Positions 1 through 8,600 of a DNA stretch of 20,000 bases are shown here, in pieces. The notes beneath the pieces are model-generated. The model worked only from the letters and a program-made list of their open reading frames with translations, searched no databases and was not told where the DNA came from. Source of the stretch: Williopsis jadinii. Taxonomy: Eukaryota. The translations under genes and the position numbers were made by a program. Numbering within the stretch: the first letter of the stretch is position 1; each line of letters opens with the position of its first letter. The DNA lies in NCBI GenBank assembly GCA_024346625.1, contig AP024665.1:2404585-2424584 (forward strand). Reading direction: 5' to 3'.

Positions 1-968
1 GGAAACTGCGGCTGAAACGCTTATCTTTCGCAATATCAAGACAACCAAGAATTACTTCGGCAAGACGCCTCGATGTCGGTGCTGTCGTAATCAATGACAT
101 ATTCACAGTGTTTTACACCAAGTGGACAGCAGGAAACTCCATAGAGTGGGCAAGTAAGGTTTACGTGGGTTTGTTTATTCTTCTGCTGTGCTCTTGTCTG
201 CCGTGTAAAAGAACCCATGTGTCCATTAGCCCCAGAACTGGACCCTAGAGGCACATTTGGACTTGACACCAGCCACCACGAGCACAGTGTTAGTATAGGA
301 GCCCTTGAAGGCCATTGGTGTAGTTACCTTCTGAGGAAAGATTCTCTGGCTTTGCACCCCAATATCCCAATGGTAGTTCGCCTGCTTCAGCAAGTGGGAA
401 ATGATCTATTTACAACTGCGGTGAAGCTACTCTTGTCTGTAACAAGGCTGACTGTAGCATGCAACAGTGAATTCTATACATGCAATCGTATACTGAAGCC
501 ACACTCCGAGATCTTTTCGCCTGAGAATAGGAGCATCGTATCCCTGAGATGAGCCCTCAGTTTGATCAAGTTCTACCCAGTCATAACCATAATACAACCT
601 CCATTCAATTTATCCTTATACAACTCAGAATGTGTTACATTCCACACTGAGAATAGATTACCCTCTCTTATCTGAAGAAATACGGAGCTAGAACCAATAG
701 AGTTGTCAGATTGATTACATCGCTTCTTGTTGAGATTTTAGTCCTCCAACTCCAACGACATTCCTCCACTTTTCTTGGTGGAGAAAATTTACACACATAT
801 GAAACGAGTGTGGTGGCATCGGTATTTTGAGGAACCTTGTTGATATTGATTCATGAGAAGTTCACTAAGCAACTACTATCAAGGGGATATGTGCTGCTAA
901 AGACCTTTGAATCTTCTCTTGTTACCTGAGGTTCTACGTCCCGTCGTTATAAGTAATACGTTAGAACA

Positions 969-1967
969 ATGTCCCACAATCAGTCCACCGTCTCAGTGAT
1001 CGATTTCCAGCAGTTCCATGAGGGTACCAAAGCAGGGAAACTCGCAGTGGGGAAGGAAATGGTAAAGATGATGAGAGAGGTTGGTTTCATGTATGTCATG
1101 AACCATGGAATCCCTGAAACTGATCAACGACGTATGTTTGAATGGTCAAAGAAGTTCTTTGATCTCAGCGAGTCTCAAAAGGCCAAATGCTCGCACCCTT
1201 CAGAAGGTGCCCATCACAGAGGTTGGTCACACGTTGGCAAAGAAAAGGTGGTGCAAATGGTTTTCGACAAAAAGGAGGTGGATAAGCTTCGAAAGGTCCC
1301 AGATATTAAGGAATCTTTCGACCTTGGCAATGAGAATAACAAGCAATTCTACAACATTTGGCCAGATGAAGACGACATCCCGGGGTTCAAAGAGTACTGC
1401 CAATACTATTTCAAGGTATGTGATGCAACTGGTAAGCTCTTTTTGAGAGCAATTGCGTTGGGAATGGGCCTTGAGGAGGAGTTCTTCCTACCTTATCATG
1501 ACGAGTCCGACAATCAACTGAGGCTTCTTCATTACCCTTCAACGGATGAAGAGTCATTGAAAACAGGTAAAGCTGAAAGAGTTGCATCACATACAGACTT
1601 TGGGACTTTGACAATGCTTCTACAAGATGACTGCGGTGGATTACAAGTCGAGGATCCCTTCAACAAAGGCACTTATATTCCAGCTCCGCAGATCAAAAAC
1701 ACAATCATTGTCAACACGGGTGACTTCCTGATGAGATGGTCAAATAATCAACTCATCTCAACTCTTCATAGAGTGACAAATCCACCCGTGGATTCAGCAA
1801 ATGGCATTTCTAAAGCACGCTATTCTATTCCGTTTTTCATCGGTGCAAATAAGGATAGGGTCATCGATGCATTGGAAGGCACATATTCAGATACAAACCC
1901 CAAGAGATATCCACCAATAACAGCAGGAGAGTATTTGGCTGCTCGTCTTAATGCCACATACAATTGA
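969..1967 (+). CDS. 2-oxoglutarate/Fe(II)-dependent dioxygenase (DIOX_N + 2OG-FeII_Oxy; isopenicillin N synthase/thymine dioxygenase-like), 332 aa
   Basis: N-terminal VIDF...GFMYVMNHGI, DIKESFDLG, LRLLHYP, iron ligands H-T-D (SHTDFGTLT) and distal H (LHRV), 2OG-binding R-Y-S (ARYSIPFF). Intact ORF. Substrate cannot be determined from sequence. Confidence 0.92.
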   Translation: MSHNQSTVSVIDFQQFHEGTKAGKLAVGKEMVKMMREVGFMYVMNHGIPETDQRRMFEWSKKFFDLSESQKAKCSHPSEGAHHRGWSHVGKEKVVQMVFDKKEVDKLRKVPDIKESFDLGNENNKQFYNIWPDEDDIPGFKEYCQYYFKVCDATGKLFLRAIALGMGLEEEFFLPYHDESDNQLRLLHYPSTDEESLKTGKAERVASHTDFGTLTMLLQDDCGGLQVEDPFNKGTYIPAPQIKNTIIVNTGDFLMRWSNNQLISTLHRVTNPPVDSANGISKARYSIPFFIGANKDRVIDALEGTYSDTNPKRYPPITAGEYLAARLNATYN

Positions 1968-2670
1968 TCATATTAAGGGTGTCTTTATATGAGAAGACAT
2001 ATCTGGGTCACAGGGAGTGTCATTCGAATTGCATTGGAAACATCCCATTTATTTTAGGGCACGAATGACTAGCAGAGCAGAAGTTAGTGGGGTCTTAATG
2101 AGATGATGTGGCCCAGAAGTATAAACCAATTACCCAATCAAACAGATCTTTTGATTTCGCCGATGCCCATTTCATGGGGATACTGTAAACTCTGGTCTGT
2201 GGTTTTATTTACAGTTGTACATGCAAAGATAGTCTTGGTGGTCTTTTTGCTCGATATAACCAAACAAGTTCAAGGTCATGACACGAATAAATGGAGTAAA
2301 AGTACTTATTTCTGATATGTTTTCGTTTCATCAAAAAGAAAGAAACAATCCATTGAGAACAAAACTTCTCACTCAATCAGTTCTCCGTCTAAATCGATGT
2401 GAGAACGAGTTTCTTTTCTCAGTTGCTAAATCTCGGCATCACCAGCAGATTCAGAATTGATCATGGTCAATATGCACGCACCAATTATATGGGATGTGTC
2501 ACTCTCTCGAATGCGTACACCCTAGATTTAGTGACCCAACAACTCGATGGGGTTGAGTCTCAGCTGATCATGGAGTGTCATTCGAAGAACACGACGGTAC
2601 TTAAGCCACCTTCTCTGACGTTCCCGATAAAGCCAATCTAGCATGAGTTCCATAAACAAAAGGTTCAGCC

Positions 2671-5600
2671 ATGAAATTAGCAAGCTTTGTTTTGAAATTA
2701 TTGCTCGTGATTCCTCTTGTCTTTGCACAGAGTGCTGAGATATACAATGTTGGTTTTACTACGGTTACAACCCAGCTAAACCTTGCTAGAACCCTATCAC
2801 ACTTGTGCTACTATCAGACGTTATCTGGAGCACTAAGAGATAGAGCTTACTCGTACATGTACACCATTAGGGGTGAGACCACAAGATCCACTGTTCTATT
2901 TGTCCCTGTTACTTACCGGCAATTCACACTCACTTGGTATTTTCGGTTTGAGGATCCTATCTACGCCACGGATCTTGCTGCTGCTTATAGTGGCTCCGAC
3001 ATCTCCAATCTCGCAGGCGTTGTCAACTTAGAGCAGGGTGAACTGATAGCCTCATACAAAGCGACATTTCCCCAGCTTACAATCATCACATCTGTCCTGA
3101 GCTTTTGCACCTTGCAGTATGTAAGTTGGACATGGAGTACGTATGATCCAAATGGCAATGTTGAATTCTTGTCCTTTTACACAGGTAACATCGGGTCCTC
3201 TGCAACACAACTACTGGATGGTATAGTTTGTGGAGCAGTGAATTTGCTTAACTGTCGAGTGTACTCCACAAGTTTGAGCTATGCGTGCAGCGATATGTCT
3301 TCCTCAAACTGTAACAAAGCCGCAGTTCTGAGCGCTGATTTGGGTTCATCTCATCAAACACGTACTTCTTCACAAGTCCAAACGACATACTCAAGTCCAG
3401 AGGCAGTGAGTTCTTCTACAGAAGAAGCTTCAGGAACTCATAATCAGCTTCAACCCTACACTACAGTTATTTGGGAAGACGGTGAGAGTGTACAAACTGG
3501 TGTTGTTTCTTTCTATGTCACAACAAATAATGCTGGTGATCTTGTCACCACACAAACAACGATCTTTGATGCTAGGTTACCAGATACATCCACTCCAATT
3601 TACTGGAATGAATCAACTTGGGAAAATGGTGTTGGTTCTTCTTCTACGATGACGGAGGATCATGGGAGCCCTATAATGATAACTGCAGCCTCAGATGTTA
3701 CTGGTCCAGTTGTCGCTACATTTGCTGAGGGGGATCAAACATCAACAGTTGAGGAACTTCAATCCCCATATACAAGAACTCACTTGGACAGTTTCGGCTT
3801 AGCTCACACTGAAATAGTGTCCTTTTATGCTACCACTGATGATGATGGTTCACTCGTTACAACGTCTACTACTTTTGAAATGGATATCATTCCCGCTCCT
3901 TTCACGACGACTTTAGCAGCAGAGATGGGATATCAAACTGCCGTGGTTTCATTTTATGCAACCACTGATGAAGACGGAATTCTAGTTACTGAGACTACTA
4001 CATCTACGATTAACAGTATACCAACACCACTAACAACGCTATATGAAAATCAAAATGGCGATGATCTCTTTGGGATCGTCTCCCATTATGCTACCACTGA
4101 TGAGTACGGTGAGCTAATAACTACATCCACAACATCATCACTTAATGGTCTTCCAGCACCTTTCACTACTGTTTTCCTTGGTGGTGAGGGAGATTTACAA
4201 AGTGGTGTTGTATCGTTTTATGTGACAACTGAAAGCAACGGTGACCTAGTGACCTCCGATACAACAAAAATCCTTGATAAGATCCCAGCACCATACACGA
4301 CAACATTTGCTGATCACGAAGGCCTGGCACAGTACGGCGTTGTTTCTTTTTACGCAACGACTGATGATAATGGCAATTTTGTTACATCAGTAACGACCTC
4401 AATCATGGATGGCATTCAGAGTCCGATATCTGTGATCTTTACAGATGAAAATGATGATATTCACTCTGGTGTTGTGTCCTTCTTTGTGACTACGGATGAT
4501 GCTGGACTGTTGCACACGACATCTACAACCTTGGTGGCACAAGGAGTCCCAACTCCGTATACAACAACTTACGCTAACGAGCAAGAACAGGCCCTGGTGG
4601 GTATTGTATCATTCTTTGCTACTACTGATGAAGCTGGTAATTTGATAACCACTTCAACAACTTCTTTGTTGGATGGGGTTCCGACTCCATATACCACGAC
4701 ATACTATGAGGATGACACAGCTCAGACTGGAATCGTCAATTTTTATGTAACAACTGATGATTATGGCAGCTTAGTAACAGAAACGTCAACGTTGGATGTT
4801 TTTGGTGTACCTGCTGCCTATGCTACTACATTCACTGATGCTAACAATGAAATACAATCCGGTACCGTGTCATTTTATGCTACAACAGATACTGGTGGGA
4901 ACCTTGTGACGACATCAACAACTCATATTGTGACTGCAACGACCTCTCCGTACACTACAACTTTTACTGACAATGATGACAATGTCCAATCTGGAATTGT
5001 GTATTTCTTTGCTACAACCAATGATGAAGGTGCTCTGGTAACTGATTCAACAACATCGCTGTTGGATGACATTCCTGATCCTTACACTATTATTGCGGAA
5101 GGTACTTTGGGTGCAGAAGTTGTTTGGTTCTATGCGACAACCGATGAAAATGGTGAATTGATCACAATGTCTACAGCTTCACAAGCTCATGGACCTCCAG
5201 GACCAATAACTGACACTATTTTTGGAGAAGAAGGAGAGATCAAAACAAGGGTTGCATCATTCTTCGTTACACTCGATGATGCTGGAAGTTTGATCACAAC
5301 TTCAACAATTTCAGAACTCGATACTCTTCCTACTCCCTTCACAACTACGTTTGCTGATGATTTTGGGATTGCTCAAACTGGAATTGTTTCATTTTATGTG
5401 ACAACTGACGAGAATGGTGATCTGTTGACAACTTCTACCCTGGAAGCACTGCTAAATCCCCCATCGCCTTATACAACCACTTTTGTCAACGACAATGAAG
5501 TTATTCAGACAGGTATTGTTACATTCTTTGCGTCGACGGATGACCAGGGAGCCCTTACGACATATACACGCACTGACGTTATATCAGATATCCCAGATCC

Positions 5601-8600
5601 TTACACAACTAGATATTTTGATGAGCTCAACGATGCTGCAATTGGTGTTGTGTCATTTTACCCAACCACTGATGCAAATGGGGATCTTGTCACAACTTCG
5701 ACAACTTTGATACCAACACCCTTTTCAACCACTTTTGCAGATTCCAATGGGATAGCTCACACTGGGATTGTCTCATTCTTCGCAACGACTGATTCATATG
5801 GTGAGTTGGTAACAACTTCAACCACTCAAATTATTGAAGGGGTTCCAAGCCCGCACACAACAACCTATATGGAATCCGATGGTGAGCTCAATACAGATAT
5901 TGTCTCTTTCTTTGCAACTACCGATGGAAGTGGATTGTTTTTAACGACAGAGGTTACGCTAAATGCAAGGTATGGCAGCTTTCTACTTCACACGACATAT
6001 GAAATACTAACAATATTCGAAAGCATGGATCCTACATTTGACTACTCAAATGAAGGTGAACTGATTTCTATAACTCCATTTACAACTCTTGCTCCCGGGG
6101 GAGGCTTTGCCACCTTATCAGCTTCGTCCATTCAATCCACAACAACTGATGCTAACATACTAACTGGTGTTGAATCGTTTAATATTACCAGCGTTGATAG
6201 CAGTTCCACATCATCTTTTCTTCCTGGCATTGCACCACCTGTTACTTTCACATCTACTGATTCCACAGGGAACACATTTATCCAAGTTGTTACGCATTAT
6301 GCAACAACTGATGAAGATGGCAATCTTGTGACTACATCAACCACTGATACCATTGAAGATCTTCCTACTCCCTTCACAACAACAGGATCCGGAGAGGACA
6401 GTGTTGTTTCGTTCTATGTTACCACCAATGATGATGGTAAACTGATCACATCATCAACTTTCCATCCTTTGCCAATTCAAAGCCAGATTGAAACAAATAT
6501 TATGGGTGATGATGATTCTGCTGCAGTTATTTCGTTCTTTGTCACTACTGATAGCGATGGAGCTCTAGTTACCACCTCAACGACATCTGCGCTGGATGAG
6601 GTTCCAGCACCTTTGACCACCTATGTTGAAGACGGTATAAGTGAAGAACTTGGGGTAGTATCATTCTTCAGGACAACTGATGCTGATGGAGAACTGGTTG
6701 AAGCCGAGACAACACTAGCTCTTGAGGGTATTCCTGAAGCATTTTCCATGACATTTGTGGATGATGATGGTTATCTCAGATCAGGAATTGTTTCGTTTTA
6801 TGCCACGACGGATAGTATTGGTAATCTTGTCACCACTACCACAACTTCACTGCAGTCTGCTATGCCAACGCCATTCACAACAGTTTATCTCAACGATCAA
6901 AATGCTCTTCAGACAGGTCTAGTGTCCTTCTATGCAACAACAGATGATGAGCACAGTCTAGTGACATCATCAACAACTTATATCTACAAGAATCTCCCTC
7001 CTCCATTCACAACAACTTTTACCAACGAAAAAACCGAGATAGAATCCGGTGTTGTTTCCTTCTTTGCCACAACTGACGATGATGGTGTATTTATTACGTC
7101 CTCCACCACTGAAACGCTGGATCACCTTCCAACTCAGTTCATAACCACTTATGTGGATGAAGAAGGGATCCTCCAAACAGGTAAAGTCGGCTTTTTGGTT
7201 ACCACAGGAAATGATAGTGAACTACTCACTACTTCTTGGACTTCGTCAGTTAATGAAATTCCAGCCCCACATACCACTATTGATGATGATACGCAGTTGG
7301 CTGTTGCTTCGTTTTATGGAACAACAGATGTGGATGGCCAATTTGTTACTACATCTACTACTTTTCCAGTTTTAGGAGTGCCGTCTCCATTCACCACAAC
7401 TCTCATAACTAATGAATCGATACAAACAGCAGTGGTGTCGCTGTATGCTACGACGAATGAAGTTGGAAACTTTGTCACCGACTCAACCGTCTCTGTGTTG
7501 GCCAATGCTGCTGTTCGTGAACATTTCACCACGACTGTAACCGAGGACGAGAGTACTAGGGAGGGCATTGTGTGGAACTATCTTACAACTGATACAAACG
7601 GCACATTGCTAACAACTTCAACTACAAACTTTTTTATCGGAGTTCCCACGCCTTTCACTACCACATTTGTGGAAAGTGAACAAATTCAGACAGGTGTTGT
7701 TTCTTTCTTTGCTACAACTGATGGAGATGGAAGCTTAGTAACGTTGTCGACAACTGAGTTGCTTGATGGTATACCGAGGGCACTCACTACTACGCTGATG
7801 GATGATGGAGTTTCAGTAGGTGTTGTAACCTTTTACATGACAACTGATGACAATGGTGATTTGTTGACAACATCTTCAACCTCCTCGTTGGATGGGGTTC
7901 CAAAACCATTCACAACTACCTATATCGATAGTGAAGACTACCTCTTCACTGCTGTCGTCTCCCTCTATGTGACAACCAATAGTGAAGGTGAACTCATTAC
8001 CACGGTGTCAACTTCAACAATCACTGAGTCCACTGAGTTGCTTACGACAACAGTGGTGGATGACAATGTTACCATGACAGGTGTCTTTTCATTATATGCA
8101 ACGACTGATAATGAAGGAAGACTAATCACAACTTCAAGCTTACATTTCCTAGATCAAATTGTGGTTCCGATAACAACAACGTATGTGGATGAGGATGATA
8201 TCCTTCGTACAGAAATCATTTCCTTTTACGCAACGACAGACCAATATGGTGACCTGGTGACAACCTCCACCACTTCACTGGCTGGAATTCCTACACCTTT
8301 CACCACTGTCTACACAGTTGACGGGAATGTTGGGGTGGGAGTTATCTCATTCCACGTAACAACTGACGACGAAGGAGTTCTCTTGACAACCTCCACTACT
8401 GAAGCACTGGTTGCCACTCCATTCACTACTACATTTACTGATATTGAAGGGTTGGCAACTGGTCTTGTTTCCTTCAGGGAGGACACTGATGAAGATGGGA
8501 ATGTTTTAGCTTATGCTTCAACTTCCATCATTGGCTTAAACTCATCGAATGGCGCAACAACTACAGATGACGGGATGCCACTGCCATATGGTACCACTGT

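Noticed and set aside
36..552. ORFs 36-269 (-) and 217-552 (+)
   Set aside because: Short, no recognisable motifs; probably promoter sequence.
1977..1984. Single internal GGGTGTCT unit after the dioxygenase stop
   Set aside because: Several single 8-mer permutations are expected by chance in 20 kb.
2103..2728. Small ORFs between the dioxygenase and the adhesin
   Set aside because: 60-80 aa, mutually overlapping, no motifs.
3117..3126. GTATGT/GTAAGT donor-like sites in the adhesin N-domain (also GTATGT at 1416 in the dioxygenase)
   Set aside because: No downstream TACTAAC-like branch point, and the read-through protein looks normal.
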